This document shows, piece by piece, positions 11,094 to 24,622 of a stretch of DNA of 64,000 nucleotides. Position 1 is the stretch's first letter, and every line of letters starts with the position of its first letter. The stretch is from contig NW_026889771.1 of NCBI RefSeq assembly GCF_033153115.1, positions 8,308,001 through 8,372,000 of the forward strand, read 5' to 3'. Made by a program: the position numbers and the translations under genes. This DNA comes from Saccostrea echinata. Taxonomy: Eukaryota. Below the pieces are notes generated by a model, which did no database searches, was not told where the DNA came from, and was given only the letters and a program-made list of their open reading frames with translations.

Positions 11094-13216
11094 GGTAGTC
11101 CGATCCTCAGGTTCTGAAAATCGGCTTATTATTATTGAATGTGCTAACAAAAATGTCTCTGCTCTGAATTCACAAAGAAATGGATTCCGAAGTTAATCAT
11201 TATAGTTTTTTGTATTATATCTATTAGGGAAAACTATCAAATCAAAATTATATTTTTGGGAAACGTGAATTAAAATACCAGCTATGTATTTTCTAATTAA
11301 AAATTGATTAACAAATAAACACTAGACAAAATTGCTAACGCACCACTTGTTAATTGAACATTTTTCTAATCGGCACTTGTATATTTGCCCCAGTACAGTT
11401 GAATAGACAAATGTCTTAGTGTCTTGAAAAGACCCTTTTAAAAAAATGACCTTCTTTCCCGAAAACCAATTTCCCGACGTGTACTGCGCACCGTTTTAAA
11501 TTTGTGATTACCGATGGTGGTCTATGAGGTTGCAAAAGAAGCAGTCTCCCAGTGAAAAATCAAATAAAGTACAGCGATTAACCATCATTTGGCCTAGTAA
11601 TCACTCAATGCCTTGGTGTCCATACCATGTCCACCCAACTTCCGATTGCCCAATTTTGTGAACAGTCTTGATATTATCATATGGTGACTACCTTATGCTA
11701 TCTATAGAAACCATTTTTATGTTTGTTAATCTATTTGAAACAATTTTTCAATAGAAGACAGAATATTTGAATATTCTTATGCCCCCGTAATCGAAGATTC
11801 GGGGTATGCCCCCGTAATCGAAGATTCGGGGGTATATAGTTTTTGCCTTGTCTGTCCGTTTGTCCACAGAAACTTTAAGATCGCTCATAACTTTTGATTG
11901 GCTGGAGCTATGGCTTTCATATTTCACATGTGTATTCCTTATGACAAGACCTTTCTGGGGGTACCATCATAATTGACCTTGACCTTGGAGTTTGACATAG
12001 TTTTGCGAAATTTTACCGAACTTTAACCTTGGCTATAACATACTTCACATTTGTAATCCTTGTGGCAAGACCTTCCTTAGGATACTAACAGCTTTGACCC
12101 TTTGATATTGGAGTTTCACCAACTTTTGAAAAACTTTAACCTTGGCCATAACATTTAAACATTTTGATCTAGTGCTTTGATATTTCTTGTACATGTGTAT
12201 CACTTATGACAAGACCTTCCCTTGGACACCATTTGACCTTGACCTTTACGTTTTACTTATTTTTGCAAAAACCTTAATCTTCCCCATAACTCTTCAACGG
12301 TTGGTGCTAGGTTTTTATATCTCACAGGTATATTCCTCGATACAAGACCTTTCCATGAGTATCAACATTTTGATCTCTTGACCTGGAGTTTGATTTGCAT
12401 TTGATAAACTTTAACCTTCGCCGTAAGCTGCCACACGGCATCAGTGTTGCAAAACACATCTTGTTTTTCGGAGTTTTCATTTAGTACAAACTAAGAACAC
12501 AAACACAAAGGAAAAATAGAAATTTATTCCTCCAAAAAGTGTGAGCAGGACTTTCCTTTTTTTTAATGAAATGGTTACGCTTTAGTTAACATTGTAGTTA
12601 TTTATCACTTAAGATAGTTAAATGCCTAATTTTTTATTTGATAACATGCATGTATTTATATATCATATACAGTACATATATGTATTTATATATCATAGAC
12701 AGTACATCATCAACAAGTTTTGAAAAGGAAACTATTAATTTTCTTTGGTGGTACGTTAGCAATTTTGTATAGTGTATTTTATGATAAAATTATAGGTATC
12801 TAGGCATTTGGAGAAAATTGCATGTTCTTTTAAAGATACTTTTAAAAACATTGTTTTAATTAGAACTTCTACTTACTTCGTTTGTTATACTCGTAATATA
12901 CATATAGTGTTAATAGCTTGTGCTATCATTGCAAGACATAACAGATCACTTCTAATTTCCTATTATGCATTGGTATCTTAGTCATGATAAAAGAAAATTC
13001 GATTCCTCTAAAATGTATTTCTTTTTGTCCGTTTATGGGGTACAAATATCAGCTTTTTACAAGACCGTTTTTAAAACTTCAAAGAGCCTTGAATCATATT
13101 GAGATGCATGAAATGAAAATGGTGCACGAAAAGATTTCAATTTCAAGCTTCATTTTGAATCTTTTTCAGTTAAATAATTTCAAGAGTTATCGTTCCTAGG
13201 TGAGGAGTGGATATCC
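11094..13216. mobile_element. Kolobok-like non-autonomous element (TTAA-flanked), containing a nested HINE
   Basis: TTAA at 11090-11093 and 13217-13220. Imperfect TIR ggtagtccgatcctca / tgaggagtggatatcc. Ends homologous to 6987-7562. Confidence 0.65.
11777..12465 (+). mobile_element. Helentron-associated (HINE/pearl/DINE-1-like) element with internal tandem repeats
   Basis: Starts TTATGCCCCCG..CGGGGG (27-bp start duplicated), then a CTGT/CCGT microsatellite and ~120-bp core repeats (aactttaaccttggccataac...gacaagacc). Ends with a short hairpin (gtgttgcaaaacac) plus atcttgttt. Confidence 0.75.
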
Positions 13217-13859
13217 TTAAAAGAAGATACATCTATATAAAATATTGTTATTTATAAACAAAGTGTAATATTGGCTATTGAAGAACTTGTAGAATGTCAA
13301 ATTAGATTATGATATATTACATTATCTCGAAATAAATATGAACTGTTCACTTAGTAAGAAAGACTATTAATGTTGCTTGAAGTTAAATGCAATATTTCAA
13401 TCTGTATTGTTTTTGAGATTATAATACAGAATATAATGAACATGTAATATAAAAACTGTGGTATCCTGCGGCTTAATATTCATATTTGTGGTTGCATACA
13501 ATGTTACCGTGTTCTCCACAAGGGGTTTTACCATGGCGGCCCGCCATGGTAAACTTTATGTGCGCCATGGTTAAACGAGCTGCACCATGGTCAAAATCGG
13601 CGGCCGCCATGATTAAATTTTTATTGCATTTTAGTACTGACACCTACTTTTTGATGTAACTCGCTGTCATTAAACATATCTCTGAAGTCTCAAAAGTCTT
13701 TATCAAGCTGCAGATCGAACTGCGGCTGTCTGATTTAAAAAAAAACTAGGTCGTTTTGTTTGTCGGTATTCTTCGCCATTTTTTAGGAATTGGATATAAT
13801 GAGTAGAAAAAGGTTATAAACGTATATTTACTATTTTATTTCAGATTGAACATGTAGAA

Positions 13860-15812
13860 ATGGCGTCAATATCTACCATAGCTGAGGAGTACCTGACATG
13901 TTCTATCTGCTTTGAACTTTACACTGAACCGAAAACACTTCCATGCCTGCATTCATTTTGTAAAGGTTGCATCGATAGCTTCACAAAGAAAAAACAGAAT
14001 AAAAAGGAATATCCTTGTCCAGTGTGTAGGGAAACATTTAGACTTTCTAATAATAAGGCAGAAAATTTGAAGACAAATTTCTGTTTACAAAACCTTATTG
14101 AACTTGTGAGCTCTAGCAAAGAAGTACAGAAACTGTGTTCGTTTTGCGATTTAAAAGGTGAAAATGTCGATGCATCTTCGCAGTGTCTTACATGCAAAGA
14201 TTTTCTTTGTTCTGAATGTGCGGAGCATCGACATAGATCTACAACACTAACATTAAACCATAAAATTGTTTCACTCTCCGAAGTGTCTGCTGGAAAATAT
14301 AATGAAGAAATTCGTTCCAAACAGCAGATTCCATGTTCCGAACATTGTGGCGAGGATCTGAAGTACTTCTGCGAAACATGCGATGTTCCAGTTTGTCGTG
14401 ATTGCATTGTCCTCGGTCATCAAAACCATAAATGCGTTTCTCCGTCAGATGCAAGGAAAATAATGGAAGAAAAGCTGACCACCCTTATGAACTCTTTGAA
14501 AGAAAATCTAGAAAAATTTGAGAATGCAAAAGTTAATGTAGCATCTGCTTCAGCTAATTTGGAGGTCAAAAAGCAAAACTTGAAGGAAGATTTAGAAAAG
14601 CAAGTGTATGCCATTATCAAAACCATGATGGACTCAAAAAAGTCAGTCGAAAATGAATTCGACCAAATCGTGAAATCAAAGCAAGACATGTTGCACAATC
14701 AAGGGGAATCAATTGAAAAGGAGAGGAAATTACTGGATGAGACATATTCGTTTTGCAGTTACCTTCTTAGATGTGGAAGTGATGTTGAAATTCTTACGAT
14801 GAAATCAGAAATGAAAGATCGCCTTGCAACGTTACAGTCTCTGAAAATAAGAGAAAGTTGCAATATTGAAGACATCAAGTTACCATTCATTGAAAGCAGT
14901 ACCAATGGACGTATTTTTAACTTGGTATACCAAAACGCAGGGGAAAGTAAGAGAAATTCAAATCAGGAAAACACAAAACTAGAACAAACAGATCAAGAAA
15001 AGACTGAGAAAGAAACAAAGCATTCTGAAAGGAATGGACCAATTAGAGGAATGGCCAGTCGTTTATATCCCAAATTACTACAAAAGTTTTGGGAACCATA
15101 CTATGGCGATAATCAAAAGCCAAGATACACAAGCGTTACATGGATGAATGAAAATTCATTAGCAGTTGTCGATCAGAGAAATCAAAAGGTGAAATTTCTC
15201 TCGAAGCAAAACAATGATAGCCATTCAATAGTTGTACAGGGTTGCGAGGTGCTAACTTCTTTCAAGGAAGGGATAGCGTGTAAAACAACAGGGAACAAAC
15301 TACACATAATTAATAATTCCTTAAACATAAAGGAGACATTTTCAGGAGTTTCAATTCTGTTGACTTGCCATCCGAATTCATCTCAAATTAGTTGGATTTC
15401 CGGTTTAGATAGAATCTGCGTTTTAGAAAATTCCAAAATCAAAGAAGTCGTCATCACTGATCCAAACAAAGCAGGGAAACTAAGTAACCCGAAATTTGGA
15501 CACGTTCTAACCAATGGTATGTTTGTAGTTTCGGACTGGAACCGGGATTGCGTATTTTTCATCAGGGATTCTGGGTATATAGTGAGAAGGAAATATTGCT
15601 GTCCGGATTCCATTACTTCGGATTCTAACAATATCATCTATGTATGCGATTATGAAAAAAGTCGTATTGAGCTAATAAGATGGTCAGGAGAAACTCTGCA
15701 GATAGTTAAGATTGGTTCAATCATAAAGAACCCGAAAAGTATTGCCATGAACAAAGACGACCAAATCTTGATCGCAAATGGAAAATCCATCGTTTTGCTT
15801 CAAATGGAATAA
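13860..15812 (+). CDS. TRIM56-like E3 ligase, type 1, copy B (650 aa)
   Basis: Intact ORF: C3HC4 RING (CSIC..CLHSFCKGC..CPVCR), two B-boxes, coiled coil, NHL-like blades (PDSITSDSNNIIYVCDY..RI, NPKSIA). Splice acceptor tttcag at 13844 just upstream of the ATG. Confidence 0.95.
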   Translation: MASISTIAEEYLTCSICFELYTEPKTLPCLHSFCKGCIDSFTKKKQNKKEYPCPVCRETFRLSNNKAENLKTNFCLQNLIELVSSSKEVQKLCSFCDLKGENVDASSQCLTCKDFLCSECAEHRHRSTTLTLNHKIVSLSEVSAGKYNEEIRSKQQIPCSEHCGEDLKYFCETCDVPVCRDCIVLGHQNHKCVSPSDARKIMEEKLTTLMNSLKENLEKFENAKVNVASASANLEVKKQNLKEDLEKQVYAIIKTMMDSKKSVENEFDQIVKSKQDMLHNQGESIEKERKLLDETYSFCSYLLRCGSDVEILTMKSEMKDRLATLQSLKIRESCNIEDIKLPFIESSTNGRIFNLVYQNAGESKRNSNQENTKLEQTDQEKTEKETKHSERNGPIRGMASRLYPKLLQKFWEPYYGDNQKPRYTSVTWMNENSLAVVDQRNQKVKFLSKQNNDSHSIVVQGCEVLTSFKEGIACKTTGNKLHIINNSLNIKETFSGVSILLTCHPNSSQISWISGLDRICVLENSKIKEVVITDPNKAGKLSNPKFGHVLTNGMFVVSDWNRDCVFFIRDSGYIVRRKYCCPDSITSDSNNIIYVCDYEKSRIELIRWSGETLQIVKIGSIIKNPKSIAMNKDDQILIANGKSIVLLQME

Positions 15813-16437
15813 ACTTGGAAAACTTTGAAGGCAAAATTTCTGAGGAATCGTACCAGTGCAGTTTTGTATTTTTGTCATATCGATAATCCTTGATGCAAAG
15901 AACTGTTTAAAAAAGAAAAAGTTTTCTCTCAAAAATATATCATTGTATGACAAACGTGTTTGACTAATCTCAACAGTGCGTCTGACACAGAGTTTTATAG
16001 GGACAATAATTTTTGTATCTTTTTCTAATTTTGTAGACTCTTAATTATGTCAAGCTTGATTTCTTCAGTATTTTAATGTTTTTACGCTTACTAAAATATC
16101 ACAAAGTCAGTATTTAAATTATGTCTATTTTAGGGGAAACCATGTTTATGAGAAATATAACGAAAGTTAAGAAATTATCGTAAGTCAAAACTATTCACTG
16201 AGAGCAGATTTAAGTCGAAATTTCAAATTAAATATAACTTAATTTTGAAGTACATGTATATAGAATTTTTTATGTTTGTATTCGAAAATTTTTCAAACTC
16301 GCAACTTTTTAAACCTGTTTTTATGAAAAAAAAAAATCAAGATATTAGAAATATAAATTTGTATCACGTATTTCTTCAGTTTATGGGACTTGGGCCTCGG
16401 AGCTGAATTTAAATTTTAAGTTTTACAGTTACCGGTA

Positions 16438-16577
16438 NNNNNNNNNNNNNNNNNNNNNNNNNNNNNNNNNNNNNNNNNNNNNNNNNNNNNNNNNNNNNNN
16501 NNNNNNNNNNNNNNNNNNNNNNNNNNNNNNNNNNNNNNNNNNNNNNNNNNNNNNNNNNNNNNNNNNNNNNNNNNNNN
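16438..16577. other. Assembly gap (140 N)
   Basis: Run of n characters. Confidence 1.
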
Positions 16578-17664
16578 CATGAATGTATTTTTCCTTCTTA
16601 ACCAAAGTTATAATGATTCGGATATTTACAAAATCTTAAACCTAAGATTAGACAAGGGAAAACTGGAATAAAGTCCTTCAACAAGTTTAATCTATTTGAT
16701 GTCGGTTGTCATGTGTGATTATTCTAAGTCTTTATATATTAATATTTATGAATTAATTTTTTGGAAAATGCTTGTGCAATGCGTGATGTCAAACTTAATG
16801 TCGATTTTAATGATTTTCTTTTGAGAAAATCAATTTTAACACACTTTTACCAATTTTTACCCCCATTTACATATTCAAATAGTCAAAACCATGCAAAATT
16901 ATGAGATATTTTTTCGTTTTTATTGATACAATTGAACAACAGTTGAACAAAGACAAAGCTAAAAAGCTCTTAGGATATTTATAATGCTAATTCTCGCTAA
17001 AACTGATTTAGTAGCCAAGTGTCAAATTAAAGTTTTTTAGTTCATGCCTAAAATTCATGCCTTTTAGGTCCAACGTTCAGGCCAAAGAGTTGGCCTAAGT
17101 TAGTCATACAATGAAAAATATGTACATTATACTTTTGAAAAATCTTATTTACTCATAGACATAAAGCAGGCTTTTTGCTTGATTATAATGTAATGAGCAG
17201 CTATCTCACTACAAAAATATTATTGTTGACTAGGTATCATACCCAGATTGGGTCTTGAATGGTCATACATGTATATTGAAAATTATACAATGTACCTTAT
17301 CTTCTTATCTCTTACACTAATAGGAGACAAGTTGCATGAATTGAATAATGATCTAAGAATTTTCACTAAACGGTGAAATCACTGTAGTAAAAGTCCAGAC
17401 AAGTTCAGTTGGACAGAGAGTGCACATAGCCTGAGTAACTCATTATACTGACCGTCAGGGCTCTTGGGCCTCTTGGCAAGAAACGTAATCAATTTTAAGC
17501 TACAGATGATATCACAGGGCTAGCTTGGTAAGAAATACTGTGCTCTGTTATGGAATTATAATACACAACAAAAAGCTTTAGCCTCCGCTGCGTCATATAC
17601 AGACATTTCATTTTTCTCCGATTCACAGTGAGAGAAAATTTGCTCAAGAAAAAAGGTGGACCTG

Positions 17665-17816
17665 GGGTCCGTTTTACAAAAGAACGTACGACTAAGATCG
17701 AAAATTTCAGGTCGTTTTCAAATTTTGCAAAATTAATGATTCTGTTTAAAATCGCTAGCATTATGACCAAAATTAAACTTTGGTCTTAGTCGTAAGTTCT
17801 TTTGTAAAACTTGCCC
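17665..17816. mobile_element. Harbinger-like MITE
   Basis: ~35-bp imperfect TIRs (ggg...gttttacaaaagaac.tacgactaaga). CTG duplicated at 17662-17664 and 17817-17819. Confidence 0.7.
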
Positions 17817-18400
17817 CTGCTTTGAATAATCTTGTATATCTCTGAGGAAAGAACACGCAGAGACTTGGGTGTTAGATCCGCCTCTTAGAAAGACGTACCG
17901 ATAAATCTTTCATGCTATGATTTCAGGTTTTCAGAACTAATAACTTCATTTTTTAATAAGAATAAATGCAAAACTGGCCTTCAAAAGGATTTGAACAAAG
18001 TTGAAACTAAACAGCATGGTAATTCAGACATAACATTTTTTTGAGAAGGCTTATAAAGGCGCCGTCATATTATGGTATTTCTTAGCTCCATTTGGAAAGT
18101 TTATAACCGTTAAATCCCTTTTAAAACAAACATTAAGCTTTCTTGCAACTTTGTCTTGAAAATTTCTAAGTTGTTCTCTATGACAACTTCCAGGTTTAAC
18201 AAAAACAAAAGAAACAGAAAATAATTATTTTATTGAGACGTTTTCTGACTGAAATGAAAATGTTATAAAGCATAATCAAAAATGGCGATACATTTGTACA
18301 ATAATAATTTATGATAAATATCCAGATTACTTAACAACATGCATTATTTTTAAATTCTTCCTTTTTGTTAAATTTGTTCAACAAACGTATATACAGTAAT

Positions 18401-20398
18401 TTAATTTGTTGCCTTAATAACGTTAATGAACTGTTCAAGAGAAATAAGAACAACTCTATCTTTATTAGTAACAAGTACACGGTTCTCATTCAGAACAGAT
18501 ATACATCTGGGTTTCCAAAGAATACATTCGAGCGAAATTCTTCTTAAAAGTTCCCCATCTTTACTCATAACAGAAATATGTTTTCCACCAAAGCACGTTG
18601 TGTAGACGCAATTCTGGTCATCACAACAAAGCCCACAAATTCCAGCGCAGGCATACCTACTGAATATTTGACAATTACTATCAAGGAAGAACAGACATTC
18701 ATCACCTCTATCTATGACGGCTAATGACTTATTGGGCAGATAACACGAGTGGAATGGTCTCAGAAAGCTGAATGGTTTCCCTTCCTCATCCAATACTTTC
18801 TTTTCTATAAGAGAATCAGTCTTAAATATCATAATCTTTTCTTTTGTCACCCATAGTAACTCCGATGACGAAGACGCGACAGCATAGGCTCTGTTAAACT
18901 TTCTTTCAAACTTCATATCAGGGTATGAGTAAATAATAACATCCCCGTACTGAGTTTTACAAGCCAGATACCTATCGAACTTTGCCACAGTGACTAGATC
19001 TTTTACTTTGTAACGTTTAAATTCTACTTTTTCTCCTTCAGTTTTAACAATGACCACTTCATGGTTGTTTTCATCTGCAAGTGCAAATGAATTTTCGTCA
19101 ATCCATACAACACAAGTGTAAATCTTGGCCTTATTGTTTTTTAATTCAGATAGATCGTACGTTTTCAAAAATTTAGGCATTTGAACTGGTATTGAAAAGT
19201 CAGATGTTTCAGTTTTATTCCTTTCAGTATCTTTTTCCTCCCCCTTATCCTCTTCATCCCTGTACTCTGTGTTGCTCGCCAGTCTGGTGCTATCAATGGA
19301 TAAGTCATATTCTTTGTCTGGTGTTTCTTTGTCGACAAAAGTTCTTTCCAACTCGAAGACATTAATTTCTTCCTGAACTTTGATTTCCAAACTCTGATGA
19401 GATACACTTTGTAGGGAACCCTTTTCCTGGAGGTTTTGATACTTCTGTAAATGTGATTTCATTTCCTCTCGAAAGAGGACAACCTCTAAGTCACTTCCAT
19501 TTGAAATCGTATTTTCACAAAATGAAATTGCTTGTGTAAGGCCTTCTTCGCAGCTTAAGCTCTCTTGCAAGAGACTTTCAATGTTTTCCCTTTCTTGGTC
19601 TATGTATGTTCTGATTTCTTCTTTCGATTTAAGTCTAACTTGCGCACTGTTTCTTCATAAGCTTGGCTAATCATTTTCCTCAAAGAAGATTCGTGAACAT
19701 TTAGTTTTTCACATTTGGAAATCAATTTCGTTTGAATCTCTTTCGTCGTTTCTATTTTCGATTTAGAACTCTGCAGAACTTCGTCGATATCTTTTAAGAC
19801 AATATCTTTAGCCTCGGACAATGAAACGTACTCATGAAATCTATGTTTTCCAAGCGCACACTCTCCACAGATAGGAATTGAACACTGCTGACAATAGAAT
19901 CGCAGTTTTTCTCGGTGCTCTTCACAAGGTGTATCTGTATTCCTATGGTCTTTGTACTTTCCTGCAAAATAGTCATTGAGAGGAACGACTTTATGCCGTT
20001 TGTCTTGTAAATGTGTGCCTGTTGTTTGCACAAAACTCACAGAGCAAGTCCATACATGTTAAACATTTGTGAGTAGCTTCTACCTCCTTACAACTGAGAA
20101 CACAAAAGGAACACAATCTTCTGGAAGACGATTCTGTGCAGCCGGATAGTTTTTGGATGATATCCTTGAATATGAAATTTGTTTTTAAACCTGAGACCTT
20201 TTGCTCCGTCAAAGGCGTATTTTCTCGACAAATTGGACAGTTCAATTCTTTATTCTCTGAAGAATTATCTAATAAAGTTTCCAAACAAGCTTCACAAAAA
20301 TTGTGAAGACATGATAAAGCTTTTGGTTCCTTGAACAGCTCATAGCATATTGGGCAAGTCAAATAATCCTCTTTGAGATATTTTGCTATAAGATCCAT
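18401..20398 (-). pseudogene. TRIM56-like, type 2, copy C (frameshifted)
   Basis: Split over ORFs 19991-20425, 19600-20040 and 18401-19570. Relative to copy A there is a 5-nt deletion near 19995 (gives a stop after 135 aa) and a 10-nt deletion near 19622. True ATG at 20398, after the acceptor ttatgtag. Confidence 0.88.
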
Positions 20399-20810
20399 AT
20401 CTACATAAAAAAGAAAGTTGATCAAGTTAAGGAAATACCACTAGATGGAGGTACATAAACTCTAAAGGGCACTCAAAACATTGCCCAACTCTTTCATAGA
20501 TATATCGAAGGAACAATTTTGGTTGAATATGTATATAGAAAAGCTGAGAAAAGGCACCATACAGTGTTCTTTACCTCAGAAACGTAAGTGTGCATTGTGG
20601 GCCAGATGCAGCATCAGACAAACTAATTGCAGAGTTGCACATGTGCACGTTTGGTTACAATGTCGCTTGTGATAGCTGGTAACGAACCTTAATACTGTCA
20701 TTTACCAGATTTATTCTTATTCTTCATAATAATTTATCTTCTCGGCCATTTGTCAGAGAATCTACTTTGCTTATAGAAAGGAGAAAAACAAGCAAAGGGC
20801 ATCAGATTTT

Positions 20811-20821
20811 GTTTCACTTTC
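20811..20821 (-). promoter_or_regulatory. ISRE/IRF-E-like motif upstream of copy C
   Basis: GTTTCACTTTC (GAAAGTGAAAC on the minus strand) matches the IRF consensus, ~410 bp upstream of the ATG. Motif match only. Confidence 0.35.
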
Positions 20822-23044
20822 TTGATTGTTTAAGTTTGCTTTAAGTTTGCTTCTTAAAAAATCCTGAAAATGATGTAAAATATTCATGACGAATATAGCC
20901 GATTGATAACAATGCCGAGAAACTGCGATTATCCCTGAATCCAAAGCGACTTTCTCTTTTGTTGTATGTCATTAATTGATAGTTTAAACAAGAATGTAGA
21001 TATTGGTTACCCCATATCCAAAATATTCGACTGATAATTTACTCGATCTTCAGTTAGCAGACTCAGCAAAACTGATAGCTAATATTGCCCCCTTTGTTGC
21101 AAGCGATCTTTAATTAAAAAAAAAAAATCTTCGGTTACTATATAAGCTGTGCGATAAGTGATTTAATTAGCTCTACTGTTCTGCTATATCCATTTAAATA
21201 ATGTTTGTTCTTTTTTTCATAATCTTACAGTTTAATTACGTTTTTTACTTCGCATGACGACTAGTCTCCAGTGTCGTTGCTGATCGAGCAAAAGTAAATG
21301 ATCGCCATTTTTATCGCTTGTTTCACAAGCAAAAAACTTACACTGTACATAGCACAATTTGAATCAGCATTCTTTTTCAAGAAAATCACGAAAAAAATGT
21401 CAATCGATGATGATCTATATATTTTTGTAAAAGACTGAGGAGGCAGCAGACGTAGGAATATGAATAAAAATATTATTGTCATTTAAACTTTCAAAATCAT
21501 TTCATGAATAAATGGAAAGACAATCAGAGTCTGAAAACAAAGACCATGGTTATAATATCAAACCCAATAGTCGCTTGGCCATAACGAGCCTCCGTAGTGG
21601 TAACCAAGAAGATAGTTTCAGTAAATGATTTTGAATAGACAAACAGTTTAAATCAAAAATTTTGTTTTACGACTTATGCGCATAAGCCAAACACGTACTA
21701 CATGCATAGCATTAATTTAGAGCTGGTGAATATGCTATTGAAATTGTCGGTCTCCAAGGTCCAACTGCAATATCCTTTAAAAACAAATAATCTATATAAC
21801 AAACACTTGCATCCCAAACAAATCCTAAAAAGTCAAAAAATAATAATATATAACTACCTATAAGCCCACCATGAAACACAAATACAAGCGTTAACAATTT
21901 CTTTTACCTGATAAGGCATGCGGGTCAGTGAATTAAATAAGTGCTTGATTCCATTTCGTTGACCATTAATTCCCTTTATCAAAATTGTTTTTGCACTTCA
22001 GTTTAGAATGTAACTTTTGCATGGGTGTAAAGTAGTTTACCTCTGAAAAAGGACGTACCTTTTAAAAGACAATATCTTTGCTTGACACAGTATGGTACGC
22101 CTGATGCGTCAAAAGCATTGCTGCATATGGTATTTATATGTGTTTTTATCACCACACTTTATAAAAAAAACAATTGCCAGAATACAGCCAAAATTATAAA
22201 CTAGCTTTGAAGTGGTGTGTAAAACACTTTTGATTGTCTTTTACCATAATTTTTTTTTGAAAATATTTATGAAGAATATTTTATTAATATTATCTTGATC
22301 TACCGTTATAATGTAATGTGTAAACGTTTGCATTCAAACAATTATCGTTATCTCTTTGTTTAAGATGAAGAAAGGCGCTCGGACTCGTTTGCTCTATTCT
22401 TTGAGCATAAGGAAGAAAGTTTTTTTTAAAATACAAAATGAAAGAAAAATAGCTAATTTTCAAATCTGAACCAATCCCAATTAAAATATAACTTATCCAA
22501 ACAAAATTAATTTAAGAGTATTAAATAGCATAACAGAACTACTGTGTATCGGATGCAGTTTGATACGATAAATTTGCTTTATAAAATCAATTAATAAGAA
22601 GTAAAGAAAATTAGCTCATTTCATAGGCATTTTCGCCTACTGTATTAGTAATTTCTAAACTCTGATTTTTACCAATATCTTCTTATACAATCATACTTTA
22701 TACATGTGTTAGTTCAAATTACACTATAATGATAATTAAATGTCAATAGTTTCCTTGCATGATAAACATGAAAATCACCGAGTTTTGTATAAAGTAAATA
22801 TTAAATATTGAGGTATCTACCTAAACAATGATAAACTGTTGCCAAAGACCACCAGTAACCTGAAAATTTAAGTTCATTTTATTTGAGTATGACTGCGCTT
22901 CATTACATTTAACCTATTTTGATTAAAGATGGTGTTCATATTGAAAGAATGAAAAAATATCAATTTTCTTTCCTCCTGAATATTTAACAACCTGTCTTAA
23001 ATTTACCCATTAAACTTTTATGTTTTCATGCCACAATGGTTTAA

Positions 23045-23393
23045 GGCGTAGTTTTGAACTTGATTTACTTATTTCCTGAATAAAAGAGTTCAAATACTTG
23101 AAGAGCCCTTATGTGACCTTTATAACGCCGATGATGCAAAAAACATATTATAAATCAAATTTTGAGGAAATACCGACTAAAATTATATTATTGTTAATTT
23201 TTCTTCGGCTAAAACGAAGGTTTTCAAAATTTGATATCTGTTCAAATCTCCTGGTAATCTCCTGGTAATGCATACTGATTTTTTGTTTAGGAACATCTAA
23301 TAGAACTGTGCTTTTAATTCAAGAGTATCTTTAAAAATTATAAGTGAGTAAGGTACGTTGTTAGGTATGTGTACATGTACGTGGCCTATGACC
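23045..23393. mobile_element. Kolobok-like MITE (decayed), same family as 38204-38540
   Basis: TTAA flanks. Shares the 3' block ctggtaatgcat.ctgattttttgt.ta.gaacatct...gtaaggtacgttgt with 38204-38540. Confidence 0.6.
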
Positions 23394-23471
23394 TTAACCG
23401 TTGGCCTTTACATTTTACGATTTCCTCTCATGTCATTTTTTTCCCTTTGTTTATCTTTCTTTATGTTTTAT

Positions 23472-23723
23472 GGTAACTGTAAAATGCGAAACAAATAGAA
23501 ATGAAACGAAACGAAATATAGGGAAACGAAACCTACCGAAACGAAACGAAACCTACCGATTTTGCTCGATTTTATTTCATTTTTTGTTTCTGTAGTTTTT
23601 GTTCCGTTTTGGTAGGCTTCGTTTTGATTTCGTTTCGTTTTGTTTCGTTTCAGTAGGTTTCGTTTCGTTTCAGTAGGTTTCGTTTCGGTAGATTTCGTTT
23701 CGTTTCGCATTTTACAGTTTCCC
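23472..23723. mobile_element. MITE with inverted (GAAAC)n / (GTTTC)n arrays
   Basis: TIR gg.aactgtaaaatgcgaaac ... gtttcgcattttacagtttcc enclosing pentanucleotide arrays in opposite orientation. Confidence 0.75.
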
Positions 23724-24096
23724 TTTATAATGAACATAATTTTCAGTCATAATATACACGTTACACTTTGATCATATTACGGAAAAAGGCAGTATCTAAA
23801 CTATTCTATTGAATTTTGCAGATTCTTATCTAATTTATTTTTTTCTGATTTCCTAATTGTAAACCTTTATATTTACATTTGCTGTGTTTTTTCTACTTAA
23901 CCAATTATGAAATTGATTTGAATGCCATTTTCGTGTATACTCACGCGCAGAAATACACACGGTGAAACTCTCGCTAAAGGACGTTACATTGAGGCTACAG
24001 AGACATTAATAAAAATAAAAAGATATAGGGCAGCTAGAAATGCGAACATTGAGTAATTTTTAGTGCTTTTAAACATTTAAAATGTTAATATAAGGA

Positions 24097-24252
24097 ATGT
24101 TTTTAAGTTTAGTGTTAATTATTGGAGTGTAAATCACACAGACTTGCACATAGGTATATTTTTCATAAAGAGCTAACGCGCTTTATGAAATATGCCTTTG
24201 TGACAAGTCTGTGTGATTTACACACATATAATTCACACTAAACTTAAAACAT
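24097..24252. repeat. Long imperfect hairpin (~155 nt)
   Basis: Arms atgtttttaagtttagtg..gtgtaaatcacacagacttg..ttcataaag / ctttatgaa..caagtctgtgtgatttacac..cactaaacttaaaacat. Confidence 0.8.
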
Positions 24253-24577
24253 AAACTGTGTCGAATTAAAATAATGGGTATTTAAGATTATTGTTGTGAT
24301 ATATTTGCAGCTCGAAAATTACATTCGAAGTAAATAGAGCTTATAATATTCTTGAATTGAAAAGGTATGTCTATTGATAGAAACGGGTTATTTCTTAAAA
24401 AGTCGACAGTCGGCACAGTGTAAAATAATTGCCGTTATTTTCTTTTTTATTGCTGATCAGCATGAAAATTAATATAATTTGTTCTATATGACTTTTAAAT
24501 CCTCGCTTGCATATGCAGTGCATTATCATCTAAAATCATCAAAAATTGTTGACAAACCTGTTTTCGTCAATTTGCAC

Positions 24578-24622
<45 letters not shown>

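Noticed and set aside
13527-13553. GC-rich palindrome tttaccatggcgg-c-ccgccatggtaaa upstream of B
   Set aside because: It lies among repeated ccatgg motifs typical of a transposon subterminal region and is absent upstream of paralog D.
16438-16577. A/B and C/D could be two alleles joined across the gap
   Set aside because: B and D differ at many residues along their length and most intergenic DNA does not align, which favours true paralogy. Not fully excluded without read depth.
23401-23737. ORFs with ETKRN-type repeats
   Set aside because: Translation of the (GAAAC)n arrays of a MITE.
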